Assembly: GCA_031365785.1 (NCBI GenBank)
Contig: JANLYU010000178.1
Span: 1 to 41,474, forward strand
Origin: Flavisolibacter sp.
GTDB lineage: Bacteria; Bacteroidota; Bacteroidia; Chitinophagales; Chitinophagaceae
Direction of reading: 5' to 3'
DNA: 41,474 nt
Shown piece by piece: positions 28,603 through 38,221 of this stretch. A model generated the notes under the pieces. The model saw nothing but the letters and a program-made list of their open reading frames with translations, had not been told where the DNA came from and searched no databases. Positions within the stretch are counted from its first letter, which is position 1, and each line of letters starts with the position of its first letter. The position numbers and the translations under genes were made by a program.

Positions 28603-28681
28603 GGGGAGTAGTGAGCAGTGAGTTGTAGTGGTGAATCGGGGGAGCTACTCTCCACTGATCATTGACCACTCACCATTCGAT
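28603..28681. repeat. Degenerate inverted heptamer tandem repeat (GGTGAGT)n ... (ACTCACC)n
   Basis: Left arm GGGGAGT AGTGAGC AGTGAGT TGTAGT GGTGAAT; right arm ACTCTCC ACTGATC ATTGACC ACTCACC ATTCGAT. Confidence 0.65.
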
Positions 28682-28693
28682 CCAATTGCCAGT

Positions 28694-29665
28694 ATGAAGA
28701 AAATCAAATATTATTATAATACGCACACGCTTCGCTATGAAAAACTGGTGACCCCACTTCGGGTCAAGCTTTTGCGCATTTTTGGTTTTCTTGCTTCAGC
28801 CCTGGTCACCTCCATCATTATTTCTTATTTCGCGTTTCAATTTGTAGGCTCTCCAGCAGAAAAAATATTGAAAGCCCAAAATGAAAACCTGGCCGACCGC
28901 TACCAGGAATTAGGCGACCGGGTAAAAACTATTCAGGAACAAATGTCTGAACTTGAAAAAAGGGATAATGAGGTGTACCGCAGCATTTTTGAAGCGAAGC
29001 CGATCCCTGATAGCGCAAGGGCCAAAGCGATTGAACACCAGCAGGAAATGGTGAAAGTGGAAGGGATGGGAGGATATACACTGATCAATTCTATTTATGC
29101 GAGTATTCAAAATCTGAATGCGCGTATCTCCTCCCAGCAGGTCTCTTATAAAGAACTTACCGGCCTGCTGAATAATAAGGAAAAATTATTGGCAGCTACG
29201 CCTGCTATTCAGCCTGTAAGCAACAAAGACCTCAACCGCATCGCATCCGGTTTTGGGTACCGGATCGATCCTATTTATAAAACAGTGAAACTTCATGCAG
29301 GCCTAGATTTTTCGGCGCCTCAAGGCACTCCGATCTATGCTACTGCAGATGGCATTGTAGAAACAGCTGGCAATACCGCCAATGGGTATGGCAATCATGT
29401 GGTGATCAATCATGGTTACGGATATGAAACCCTTTACGGTCATATGGTTCGTGTAAAGACACAAAGGGGTAACCACGTAAAACGTGGAGACCTGATTGGT
29501 TATGTGGGAAGCACCGGAAAGTCTACAGGTCCGCACTGTCATTATGAAGTACACAAAAACGGGCAGAAACTGGATCCGGTTTATTTCTTTTATAATGACC
29601 TGACTCCTCAGCAATTTGACCAGTTATTGAAACGGGCGGCTTCTTCTAACCAGAGTTTTGATTAG
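28694..29665 (+). CDS. M23 family metallopeptidase (peptidoglycan endopeptidase) with N-terminal TM and coiled coil
   Basis: HAGLD (HxxxD), YGHM, STGPHCHYEV (HxH). ATG 28694 (MKKIKYYYN) preferred; the track's extension runs through the repeat. Confidence 0.92.
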   Translation: MKKIKYYYNTHTLRYEKLVTPLRVKLLRIFGFLASALVTSIIISYFAFQFVGSPAEKILKAQNENLADRYQELGDRVKTIQEQMSELEKRDNEVYRSIFEAKPIPDSARAKAIEHQQEMVKVEGMGGYTLINSIYASIQNLNARISSQQVSYKELTGLLNNKEKLLAATPAIQPVSNKDLNRIASGFGYRIDPIYKTVKLHAGLDFSAPQGTPIYATADGIVETAGNTANGYGNHVVINHGYGYETLYGHMVRVKTQRGNHVKRGDLIGYVGSTGKSTGPHCHYEVHKNGQKLDPVYFFYNDLTPQQFDQLLKRAASSNQSFD

Positions 29666-29794
29666 TGATTTGGATCATTGCTCCACCTGTTTTAGGAATG
29701 CATCCTTGAGCAAAATGTCATCCCAATAGGGTTGAAAATATTATTTTGATATTCCCTTTTTCTAGTCCTGCTTCCTTAATTTTACTGACAAGGC

Positions 29795-30289
29795 ATGGAC
29801 ACATCACTTTCACAAATCACCTTTGAATTTTTTGGGGAAATTCCTGAAGAGCAAAAGAATTTTCTTCCCGGCCAGCCTGTACCTATTACCAAGGCGGTGA
29901 AGACCCGTGGAAGAAAGCCACTTAAAGACTTTGAAGCCGACATTGAACTGGTGGATGTTCCAGAAGATGAAATACTTTTCCAGAAACAATATTATTCAAT
30001 AGGTGAAGTGGCTGGCATGTTCAAAGTGAACACCTCACTCATCCGTTACTGGGAAAACGAATTTGATATTCTGGAGCCCAGGAAGAACAGGAAAGGCGAC
30101 CGCTTCTTTAAGCCTTCTGATATCAAAAACCTTCAGCTGATCCATGACCTATTACGCCGGCGGAAATTTACTATTGAGGGTGCAAAGGATTTTATCAAAA
30201 AAAATAAGCAGGCACGCGAAAAATACGAGATCATACAGTCTTTGCAGAAGCTCAGATTTTTTTTACTGGAGCTAAAGGCTAATTTGTAG
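29795..30289 (+). CDS. MerR-family HTH protein without effector domain, with N-terminal extension
   Basis: YYSIGEVAGMFKVNTSLIRYWENEF..PRKNRKGDRFF..DI..LQLIHDLLRRRKFTIEGAK. Confidence 0.9.
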   Translation: MDTSLSQITFEFFGEIPEEQKNFLPGQPVPITKAVKTRGRKPLKDFEADIELVDVPEDEILFQKQYYSIGEVAGMFKVNTSLIRYWENEFDILEPRKNRKGDRFFKPSDIKNLQLIHDLLRRRKFTIEGAKDFIKKNKQAREKYEIIQSLQKLRFFLLELKANL

Positions 30290-30431
30290 CATCTTTAACA
30301 TCCTCGTCCATTCTTCTTCTTTTTACCCACTTAATTTTGAGGAACACCACGTTCCAGATCTGTAGAAGATCAAGGAACAACTTCTGAGATCAATTTCCGG
30401 AAGCAGGTTTCACCACTATTCAAATTTGGCC

Positions 30432-30947
30432 ATGAAAAAAATACTGATCATTACCCTTTTCACTTCGTTTTACTTTTCTGTTGTAGCACAATCTCCTGAA
30501 ATATCCTATGATGTCCATGGCAATAAAATTATCAAAGGATTTATTTCAAAAAAAGAACTGGTTACGGATACGGCCTTTACCTGGTTTGCCAAAAACCAGT
30601 CCGGCTATGTACCAGACCTGAGTGCTTTGCAGGCTTTAAGGGCCGGGAAAGATTCTATCAGCATCATTGCTTTTGGAGGTACCTGGTGCGGGGATACAAA
30701 AAACATACTTCCTAAATTTTATTTGCTGGCTGATGCAGCAGGCCTTTCCCCTGATCAGATTACCCTTATCGGGGTAGACCACAATAAAAAAACCATTCAG
30801 CATTTGTCTGAAGCCTTCAACATCACGAACGTGCCCACTTTTATTGTCATGAAAAATGGAAAGGAAGTAGGCCGCGTGGTGGAATATGGCCATTATGGAA
30901 TGTTTGATAAAGAATTGGGTGAGATTGTTTCAGGGAAAAGCCGGTAA
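30432..30947 (+). CDS. Exported thioredoxin-family protein (single-Cys WCGDT site)
   Basis: Signal peptide MKKILIITLF..VVA|Q, GGTWCGDT, cis-Pro motif VPTFI..NGKEVGR. Promoter TAATTTTG at 30332-30339. Confidence 0.85.
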   Translation: MKKILIITLFTSFYFSVVAQSPEISYDVHGNKIIKGFISKKELVTDTAFTWFAKNQSGYVPDLSALQALRAGKDSISIIAFGGTWCGDTKNILPKFYLLADAAGLSPDQITLIGVDHNKKTIQHLSEAFNITNVPTFIVMKNGKEVGRVVEYGHYGMFDKELGEIVSGKSR

Positions 30948-31045
30948 CAACTGAACCACCCTCCGGTAATACTTCAAGAAAAATATTTCTCCTTCGACTT
31001 TGACCTCTCATTTGCCCACTTACTATTGGAGCAGGAGTTATGATT

Positions 31046-32131
31046 TTAAGTAGTGATAGCGATGTCCTTTCCTTCTGCCGTAATTTTTATTTCCAACCGT
31101 TCCATGGTTTGAAGAATATAATAATTCAATTGTTGTCGCACTTCAAGAAAATAGTTCCATTCAACAGGCGGCGTAAAGAATTCAATGAAAACAATAAAAG
31201 CCTGCACCCGGATATCATTAAAAATCACATGATAGGATACAATATCTTTTGAGTTGGAAAGGTATTTTTTGATCTCCTCATTGAGTTGGCGGATCTTTTC
31301 CGGAGTTGTCTGCAGGTGAATGAACAGGGAAAGCTCACCTCTGATTCCGGAACGAAGAGAAACATTATCCAGAATACTATCTACCATTTGTTTGTTAGGT
31401 ACAGTAACATAAGATTTATCCAGCGTTCTTACCCTCGTACTCCTCAGGCCGATCCTTTCCACATTACCGGCGATTTGCTGTACGCGTACAAAGTCTCCTG
31501 TTGAAAAAGGTTTATCAAAAAAAATCACAAATGAAGCGATCAGGTTTTCCAGACTTTCTCTGAGGGCAAGTGCGATAGCGGCACCTACAATGCTTAATCC
31601 TGTTAAGAGGTTGCCGATATTATAATGGAAAGAAAAGTGTAGTATCATCATCACTCCAATGATCCCGATCAACACTTTGAGAAAGTCGCGGAAAAAAATA
31701 ATCAACTGGTTGTCGGCCAGCTCAGCAGTTTTATTAGCCCTTATTTCAAGTACGGCTGCAATAAAATCAACCATGCGAAGTAAGAGCCAGATAAATGATA
31801 TGATCTGGATCACCTGAATCAAAGAAAGCAGGATCTGCTGCAGTTCATATTTGTAAATACTTACATTGAATTCAACAGGAAAGGAGAGGCGGTAAATGGC
31901 AATAATTGAAACCGAAATGAAAAGAAACACCCCAAGCGGGTGAATGATCAGTTCAATGAATTTTCTCTGGTCGAAAGTTTTCCAGGCCCTTGTAAAAACT
32001 TTGCTCAGAAGGATCGCAATGTATTTGGAGATAAACCTATTGATCACAATCATAAACAGGATAATGCCTGCAATCCACAGGTAATCGCGGATAGTATTAC
32101 TCAAAAACTCCTGGTCTAAGAAATGCTTCAT
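31046..32131 (-). CDS. mscS: Small-conductance mechanosensitive channel family protein (YnaI-like size)
   Basis: Several TMs followed by GAAIALA..NLIAS..DKPFSTGD..GNVERIGLRSTRVRT..VTVPN. Symbol is family-level. Confidence 0.9.
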   Translation of the reverse strand: MKHFLDQEFLSNTIRDYLWIAGIILFMIVINRFISKYIAILLSKVFTRAWKTFDQRKFIELIIHPLGVFLFISVSIIAIYRLSFPVEFNVSIYKYELQQILLSLIQVIQIISFIWLLLRMVDFIAAVLEIRANKTAELADNQLIIFFRDFLKVLIGIIGVMMILHFSFHYNIGNLLTGLSIVGAAIALALRESLENLIASFVIFFDKPFSTGDFVRVQQIAGNVERIGLRSTRVRTLDKSYVTVPNKQMVDSILDNVSLRSGIRGELSLFIHLQTTPEKIRQLNEEIKKYLSNSKDIVSYHVIFNDIRVQAFIVFIEFFTPPVEWNYFLEVRQQLNYYILQTMERLEIKITAEGKDIAITT

Positions 32132-32163
32132 GATGTCTGGTAAAATTAGATGATACGCGTCAT

Positions 32164-33003
32164 CTAAAATCGATATTGATAGATCTGTAACCTGCCTGAT
32201 GAAAAATTAATCCACTTGTCCGCATTTGTAAAGGAGTGCAGGTAAGGGAGAAAGGGAGGTTTTTTATCTTTTTGCAATTGAGTGAAAGTATTATAAACTG
32301 TGATGAGGTCATGCGTGGTGCTGACCAGGTGGTTACCACTGACAGCAATGCTTTGCCAGTTGAATAGCGGAATTTTCTTTTTAAACGATCCATAATTATC
32401 AAATACATACACGCCGCTTGCTGTATCTGCTAAATAAACAAAACCATTATCACTGATGATCTTTTGTGGTGCAATACCCTGGTTGAAGACTGCGCGAAAA
32501 TCGTTGGATTCAAACAGTTTGTTTCCCTGTTCATCTATCTTTTTCAGTTTGTTGTCGTATTCATCAAATACCCAGATATTATTATCATACGATAAGCCAA
32601 TAGCGCCAGGTTGGAGAATGGAAAATTTTCTTAAATCAACTGTTGCCAGGCTGGCCAGGAAACGGTCGAGCACCACTACGGTAGAAAAATCCTTGTAAAA
32701 TAGCAGGATCTTCAGGGGGTTGGAAACATCGATGGCTGATAGCTGGCCATAATTCTTTACCTGGTTGTACACGGCCAGCGAATCTCCTGTGGCACTGAAT
32801 TTTTTAACCTGTCCTTTGGAGGAAATCAGGTAAAGATTTTCAAGGTGGTCCATGGCTGCATCTGCAATGTCGCCTTCATAAGTCCTCATCAGAACAAAAG
32901 AAGAATCTGAGGCTGGTGTCGTTTTCAAGGGCTGCGCAAAAGAAGTAGTTCCCATGAAAAAAATTAGCGAAACAAGGGATGTTATTTTTGATATGGAAGT
33001 CAA
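32164..33003 (-). CDS. Hypothetical exported protein, probable beta-propeller
   Basis: 279-aa ORF with signal peptide (TSFA|Q) and blade-like repeats (NNIWVFD, GFVYLAD, GVYVFDNYG). The TTG start overlaps the lpxH TGA (TTGA). Confidence 0.75.
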   Translation of the reverse strand: MTSISKITSLVSLIFFMGTTSFAQPLKTTPASDSSFVLMRTYEGDIADAAMDHLENLYLISSKGQVKKFSATGDSLAVYNQVKNYGQLSAIDVSNPLKILLFYKDFSTVVVLDRFLASLATVDLRKFSILQPGAIGLSYDNNIWVFDEYDNKLKKIDEQGNKLFESNDFRAVFNQGIAPQKIISDNGFVYLADTASGVYVFDNYGSFKKKIPLFNWQSIAVSGNHLVSTTHDLITVYNTFTQLQKDKKPPFLPYLHSFTNADKWINFSSGRLQIYQYRF

Positions 33004-33785
33004 TGGTTTTTTATAATTTTTGTTTCCTCACCCACATAGGTTTTTAATTGAAGATCCCTGTTATCCAATTCGGCATAAGTATAAAATTTGATCCAATCGC
33101 CCAGGTTGATATACCTGCTCCCGTTATTAAGACGATAATCCATGGGAAGGTGTCTATGACCGAATACAAAAAAATTAATATTTTTTTGTTGTGACAATTC
33201 CCGGCAATAAATCAGCAACCATTCTTTGTCCTCCCCCAGAAAGTGTTCTTCACCAGAACCTGTGGTAGCCCGGCTTTTACGGCTGAAGTAACGGGCAAGC
33301 CCCATTCCTGCAGTGGGGGGAAGGAGGCCAAACAGCCATTGGGCCACTGGGTTTCTGAATAATTTTTTGAGTCTTTTATATCCGTGATCTCCTGGTCCCA
33401 GTCCGTCACCATGTCCAATTAGAAAAGTCTGACCGTTGAGATGGAATTCTTTTGGTTCAAAATAAACAGGAATATTCAGTTCGTCCTGGAAATAACGCTT
33501 CATCCACATGTCATGGTTACCCACAAAAAAGTGGATGTATATTCCTGCGTCTGTTAGTTCTGCCAGCTTGCCGAGAATTCTGACATATCCTTTTGGAACC
33601 ACATATTTGTATTCAAACCAGAAATCAAATAGGTCGCCAACAATGAAATAGGAGTGTGCTTCTGACCGGGTAGCTTCAAAAAAACGAACGATCAGTTTCT
33701 CCCTTTCCAGACTGGTGGAAGAGTCAGGGGCACCCAAATGAAAATCGGAAAGAAAAAATATTTTTTTACCAGGTGGAATTTGCAT
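33000..33785 (-). CDS. lpxH: UDP-2,3-diacylglucosamine diphosphatase
   Basis: Calcineurin-like motifs SDFHLG, GDLFDFWFE, GNHD, HGD, FGHRH, NLGDW. Start 33785 (MQIPPGKK) preferred; 33812 or 33809 possible. Confidence 0.88.
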   Translation of the reverse strand: MQIPPGKKIFFLSDFHLGAPDSSTSLEREKLIVRFFEATRSEAHSYFIVGDLFDFWFEYKYVVPKGYVRILGKLAELTDAGIYIHFFVGNHDMWMKRYFQDELNIPVYFEPKEFHLNGQTFLIGHGDGLGPGDHGYKRLKKLFRNPVAQWLFGLLPPTAGMGLARYFSRKSRATTGSGEEHFLGEDKEWLLIYCRELSQQKNINFFVFGHRHLPMDYRLNNGSRYINLGDWIKFYTYAELDNRDLQLKTYVGEETKIIKNH

Positions 33786-33795
33786 GGAACCGGAG

Positions 33796-34422
33796 CTAGT
33801 GCTGGTCATCAATTACAAAACAATATACTTCTTTTGGACCATGCACGCCAACCACCAGCGTTTTTTCAATATCGGCTGTTCTACTGGGACCTGCGGCAAA
33901 GGTGATGAGCGAAGGAAGAAACTGACGGTATTTATCTTTCAATGCCAGCAACCCGTCTTTTATGTCATAAACCAATTGAGAAGAAGTGGCAATACAGATA
34001 TGAACAGGTGCATACACACTGGGGATCCTGCCTTGCCTGACTGAACTTAAAACAATACTTCCAGTGCGGGCTATCAGATATTCACAACTGGTGATAGCCG
34101 CCTCACAGGTAATAATGTCGGGATAACGGGTATTGACCGGGATGATTCCTTTCCATTTTTCTTCAGCACAAAATAATTTTGTCCATTGATGCTGGTAACA
34201 GAGTTTATTGAAATAATCAAGCAATTCATTTTCATCTACACAAAAAATAAATTTTCCCTGCAACTGAGTGAATTGTTCAGCAAATTCAACCACAAGGTCC
34301 TGCTGTTGCGGATGAAATATATGATCCGCTGCTTCGCTTCCGGGAAAAGGCAAAGGCGTTGGGTGTGCCAACGCCATGCGAATTTTCTTTAGTATGTTAT
34401 TTTTTGCCGGTGAATTGCTCAT
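33796..34422 (-). CDS. LUD/LutC (YkgG)-domain protein
   Basis: LIARTGSIV, GRIPSVYAPVHI, GPSRTADIEKTLVVGVHGPKE. 4-nt overlap with the ftsH stop. Confidence 0.9.
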   Translation of the reverse strand: MSNSPAKNNILKKIRMALAHPTPLPFPGSEAADHIFHPQQQDLVVEFAEQFTQLQGKFIFCVDENELLDYFNKLCYQHQWTKLFCAEEKWKGIIPVNTRYPDIITCEAAITSCEYLIARTGSIVLSSVRQGRIPSVYAPVHICIATSSQLVYDIKDGLLALKDKYRQFLPSLITFAAGPSRTADIEKTLVVGVHGPKEVYCFVIDDQH

Positions 34423-36503
34423 TTTACAACGGGCGCCTGGTTGGTAACATTGGGGTCATAAGGAGGAACACCTTCGCTGATACCACCTTCCGGATGTTTT
34501 TCACTTTCCACACCCAGTGCCTTTTTCTCTTCGTACGGTCTTGGCCCGATCAATGTTTCCACGTCGCTCTGGAATAAAACTTCCTTATCAAGAAGAGCTT
34601 CGGCCAGCTTTTCCACGTCGCCTCTTTTGGAACGAAGTAAAGCCTTGGTTCTTTCGTAAGCAATGTCGATCAGCTTTCTTACTTCTGCATCGATCAATTC
34701 AGCGGTTTCATCAGAATAGGGCTTGGTAAAAGTCTGATCCTGGTGTGGATCGTAAAAACTAATGTTGCCTATTTTGTCATTCATTCCGTATATCGTTACC
34801 ATGGCATATCCTATACGGGTGATCTGCTGCAGGTCGTTTTGTGCACCGGTTGAAATTTTACCAAAGAAAATTTCTTCACTCGCACGTCCTCCCAATGTCA
34901 TACAGATCTGGTCGTTGAGCTGGTCGGTATTGTACAGGTATTGTTCCTTAGGAGTGTACTGTGCATAGCCAAGGGCTGCAGTTCCTCTTGGAACAATGGA
35001 TACTTTTAATAGAGGGTAGGCGTGTTCAAGGTACCATCCACAAATGGCGTGGCCAGCTTCATGATAGGCGATGATCTTTTTTTCTTCAGGTGAAATGATT
35101 TTGTTCTTCTTTTCCAATCCACCAATCACCCTGTCTACCGCATCCTGGAAGTCGCTCATATCTACCGCGGTTTTTCCTTTTCTGGCTGCGATGAGAGCCG
35201 CTTCATTACAAACGTTGGCAATGTCAGCACCGGCAAAGCCAGGTGTTTGTTCCGCCAATTTGTGAATGTCTACTTTTTCTGAAACCTTGATCGGTTTCAG
35301 ATGCACTTTAAAAATGGCTTCACGTCCTTTTACATCTGGTTTATCAATGGTGATCTGCCTGTCGAACCTGCCTGGCCTTAGCAAGGCAGTATCCAATACA
35401 TCCGGACGGTTGGTGGCAGCCAATACAATGATTCCGGTATCTGTTCCAAAACCATCCATTTCTACCAGTAACTGGTTCAGAGTACTTTCTCTTTCATCAT
35501 TGCTCATCATCATGTTCTTTCCACGGGCCCGACCAATCGCGTCGATCTCGTCTATGAAAATGATACAGGGTGCTTTTTCTCTTGCCTGTTTAAACAGGTC
35601 GCGGACACGGCTGGCACCCACCCCCACAAACATCTCAACAAAATCGGAACCGCTCAGGCTGAAAAAAGGAACCTGGGCTTCACCCGCCATGGCCTTGGCC
35701 AAAAGAGTTTTACCTGTTCCGGGGGGACCCACCAGTAAGGCTCCTTTTGGAATTTTACCTCCAAGAGAAGTGTATTTTTTAGGGTTGCGCAGGAAATCTA
35801 CAATTTCCATCACCTCCACTTTAGCTTCATCAAGTCCGGCCACATCCGCAAACGTGATATTGACCCTGGATGCTTTGTCGAAAAGAGTGGCTTTGGACTT
35901 TCCTATATTAAAAATTCCACCTGGCCCGCCGCCGCCGCCTGCACCACCACCCATTTTTCTCATCAGTAAAATCCAGAGACCGATAAAAATCAATATGGGA
36001 AGTATCGTTTGAAGGATGGGAGTAAACCAATTGGTTTCAGTTTCAGCCCATTCCGGTTTGGCAATGGTTGGATTTCGGTTGAAAAAGTCCCGCATGTCAT
36101 CCTTAAAAGATTCGATGGAAGCAATTTTAAAGGAAGCATGATAATCATCATTGGGCTTTAGATTTTTACCCAGCTTTCCAGCCCCTTCTCCTTCATACTT
36201 AGAGATACTCCCACTTTTTAATTTTAGTCTTACCAGGTTTCGGTTAGATATCACCGTGTATTTTTCAACATCACCGTTTTTAAGCAGATCTTCAAATTGC
36301 GACTGGTTCACCTGGGTGGAACTGGTAGCAAAGGGGCCACCAAAGAACTGGAAACCAATTAAGATGGCAAAAATGATTGCGTAAATCCAGTAAATACTGA
36401 ACCGAGGCCCTTTTTTAGGTGTATTGTCACCTCCTTCTCCCGGTCGGTTGGAGAATTTGGGAAGTTTCGTTTTATTGTCGTTTTTATATGGATCTTGTGA
36501 CAT
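34419..36503 (-). CDS. ftsH: ATP-dependent zinc metalloprotease FtsH
   Basis: Two TMs, Walker A GPPGTGKT, Walker [25 protein letters not shown] zinc motif. Confidence 0.98.
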   Translation of the reverse strand: MSQDPYKNDNKTKLPKFSNRPGEGGDNTPKKGPRFSIYWIYAIIFAILIGFQFFGGPFATSSTQVNQSQFEDLLKNGDVEKYTVISNRNLVRLKLKSGSISKYEGEGAGKLGKNLKPNDDYHASFKIASIESFKDDMRDFFNRNPTIAKPEWAETETNWFTPILQTILPILIFIGLWILLMRKMGGGAGGGGGPGGIFNIGKSKATLFDKASRVNITFADVAGLDEAKVEVMEIVDFLRNPKKYTSLGGKIPKGALLVGPPGTGKTLLAKAMAGEAQVPFFSLSGSDFVEMFVGVGASRVRDLFKQAREKAPCIIFIDEIDAIGRARGKNMMMSNDERESTLNQLLVEMDGFGTDTGIIVLAATNRPDVLDTALLRPGRFDRQITIDKPDVKGREAIFKVHLKPIKVSEKVDIHKLAEQTPGFAGADIANVCNEAALIAARKGKTAVDMSDFQDAVDRVIGGLEKKNKIISPEEKKIIAYHEAGHAICGWYLEHAYPLLKVSIVPRGTAALGYAQYTPKEQYLYNTDQLNDQICMTLGGRASEEIFFGKISTGAQNDLQQITRIGYAMVTIYGMNDKIGNISFYDPHQDQTFTKPYSDETAELIDAEVRKLIDIAYERTKALLRSKRGDVEKLAEALLDKEVLFQSDVETLIGPRPYEEKKALGVESEKHPEGGISEGVPPYDPNVTNQAPVVK

Positions 36504-36582
36504 TTTTTTCTTATTGAGAATGATGCAAGTAATTAAATTTTGTTGGCATTCATGTGAGTCGAGTCATATTTAACATACAACC

Positions 36583-36984
36583 TTAACTATCATGCTCTTC
36601 CAGAGGAGCATCGCTCCACATATCTTCCAGCTTATAAAATTTTCTTTGTTCAGGAACCATGATGTGTACCACCACATTCACATAATCTATGAGTACCCAT
36701 TGTAGATTTTTTTTGCCCTCGTGATGGTAGGGAGATTCACCACAGTATCTTTTTACCTGATCTTCAAGATGATCACAGATTGCTCTGATTTGGGGCTGAT
36801 TACTGGCTTCGCAGATAATAAAATAGTCGGCAACAGCTTCGGGTATTTTACGCAGATCAAGAGATATGATTTGCTCTCCTTTCTTTTCCTGTATACCCTT
36901 AATGATGGTTTTTACAATTTTAGAATTCCTGTTCAAACGGGTGGTGCCCTTCTTACGCTTAGCCAATACTTCTAATGGTTCCAA
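36583..36984 (-). CDS. rsfS: Ribosome silencing factor (Iojap)
   Basis: EKKGEQIISLDL, ADYFIICEA, WVLIDYVNVVVHIM, RKFYKLEDMW. TTG 36984 preferred because the track's GTG 37068 overlaps a TATTTTTG promoter element (37057-37064, minus). Confidence 0.92.
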   Translation of the reverse strand: MEPLEVLAKRKKGTTRLNRNSKIVKTIIKGIQEKKGEQIISLDLRKIPEAVADYFIICEASNQPQIRAICDHLEDQVKRYCGESPYHHEGKKNLQWVLIDYVNVVVHIMVPEQRKFYKLEDMWSDAPLEEHDS

Positions 36985-37072
36985 ATACAAAATTGATTTA
37001 AGGTTCAAATAATGGGCGCAATCAACAGGGTTGGCGACAGAGTTCCTTTCTTTGCTCAAAAATATCACTTAA

Positions 37073-37828
37073 TTGTCATCTTCACACACCATCGGAACTC
37101 CTTTCATAGAACTGCTCAGCGTAGAGAGCACCAACAACTATGCCATGGGATTAGTGCGTGCAGCTATGGCACAACACGGAACAACTGTATTTGCACACGA
37201 GCAAATCAAGGGCAAGGGTCAGCGCAGCCGTCAATGGTTGTCGGATCCAGGAAAGAACATTACGCTAAGCCTTGTACTGGAGCCATCAGCATTGCTGAAA
37301 TCAGGTTTGTTCATGCTGAGTATGACGATGGCAGCAGGTGCCTTACAGTTTATCAAAAAATATTTACCGGAAGGCTGTACCATCAAATGGCCTAATGATC
37401 TTTATTGGAATGACAGAAAGGCAGGAGGGATTCTAATAGAAAATGTATGGCAGGGAACAGATTGGAAGTTTGCAGTAGCAGGAATTGGAATCAATATCAA
37501 CCAGACAGATTTTGGAATGGTAGGTAAAAAAGCGGTTTCTTTTAAACAAGTGACCGGGAAGGAATACGAGCCTGTTGCCTTAGCCATGGAATTGTGTGCA
37601 TCATTGCAACAGGTATATGAGCAGGCGAAACAGGAACCCGAAATTATCTTTGAAATGTACAGGCAAAATTTATATGGCAGGGACCAGCGGGTAAAATTGA
37701 AAAAGGAAAACCGGATTTTTGAAGCCACCGTTAAGGACGTCACTTTAAATGGGCAACTGGTAGTTCAGCATGCCACTGAAGAAAACTTCAATGTGGGGGA
37801 AATAGAATGGATCATCAATAACTCCTGA
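37073..37828 (+). CDS. birA: Biotin--[acetyl-CoA-carboxylase] ligase (class I, no HTH)
   Basis: VESTNNYA, Q..GKGQRSRQW, IKWPNDL, KAGGILIE, GIGININQ. Confidence 0.95.
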   Translation: MSSSHTIGTPFIELLSVESTNNYAMGLVRAAMAQHGTTVFAHEQIKGKGQRSRQWLSDPGKNITLSLVLEPSALLKSGLFMLSMTMAAGALQFIKKYLPEGCTIKWPNDLYWNDRKAGGILIENVWQGTDWKFAVAGIGININQTDFGMVGKKAVSFKQVTGKEYEPVALAMELCASLQQVYEQAKQEPEIIFEMYRQNLYGRDQRVKLKKENRIFEATVKDVTLNGQLVVQHATEENFNVGEIEWIINNS

Positions 37829-38183
37829 TGAACTTTTCACCATTGGAACGATAGGCTATCAGGACCTGGTGGTCTGAATGATAAATAAAAAAACTTTCAG
37901 GTCCGGAGTGCTGATACAATTTGATGATGCCATCAGACTGCACAAGGTACCTGTCAAAATTTTTACAAAATAGTTTGTAGGTAAATTGGTTGGATAGAGT
38001 ATCCATTGAGAATTCGCCATTGGCGCTAAACTGCATAAAAGCGTCAGGAACATTGACTGTATTGTCTCCGGTACAATTGTACGCGGATTCCATTATCCAT
38101 TTTCCCACAATAGAATTGGTCAATTTTTCTTTTGTGCAGCTCATCAAGCAGCATACAAGTAAACAAAGAAGCGTTTGCTTCAT
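37815..38183 (-). CDS. Small hypothetical lipoprotein, lipocalin-like
   Basis: From ATG 38183: MKQTLLCLLVCCLMS-C lipobox, then IVGKW (GxW). Convergent 14-nt overlap with birA. Confidence 0.65.
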   Translation of the reverse strand: MKQTLLCLLVCCLMSCTKEKLTNSIVGKWIMESAYNCTGDNTVNVPDAFMQFSANGEFSMDTLSNQFTYKLFCKNFDRYLVQSDGIIKLYQHSGPESFFIYHSDHQVLIAYRSNGEKFIRSY

Positions 38184-38221
38184 AAGGTTGGATTGAACCG
38201 GTAAAATAACCGTTTGGTTCT

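Noticed and set aside
28603-28681. CRISPR array or tRNA-like/T-box element upstream of alaS
   Set aside because: The units are 7 nt with no spacers, there is no cloverleaf or T-box motif, and the repeat lies upstream of the predicted alaS promoter.
35925-35952. GCC/CCA trinucleotide run
   Set aside because: Encodes the ordinary Gly-rich linker after FtsH TM2; not a contingency repeat.
35266-36012. 248-aa plus-strand ORF
   Set aside because: Antisense shadow of the conserved FtsH AAA domain, with no recognisable motifs.
36985-37068. Long N-terminus of RsfS in the ORF track
   Set aside because: It overlaps the predicted rsfS promoter; TTG 36984 is the more plausible start.
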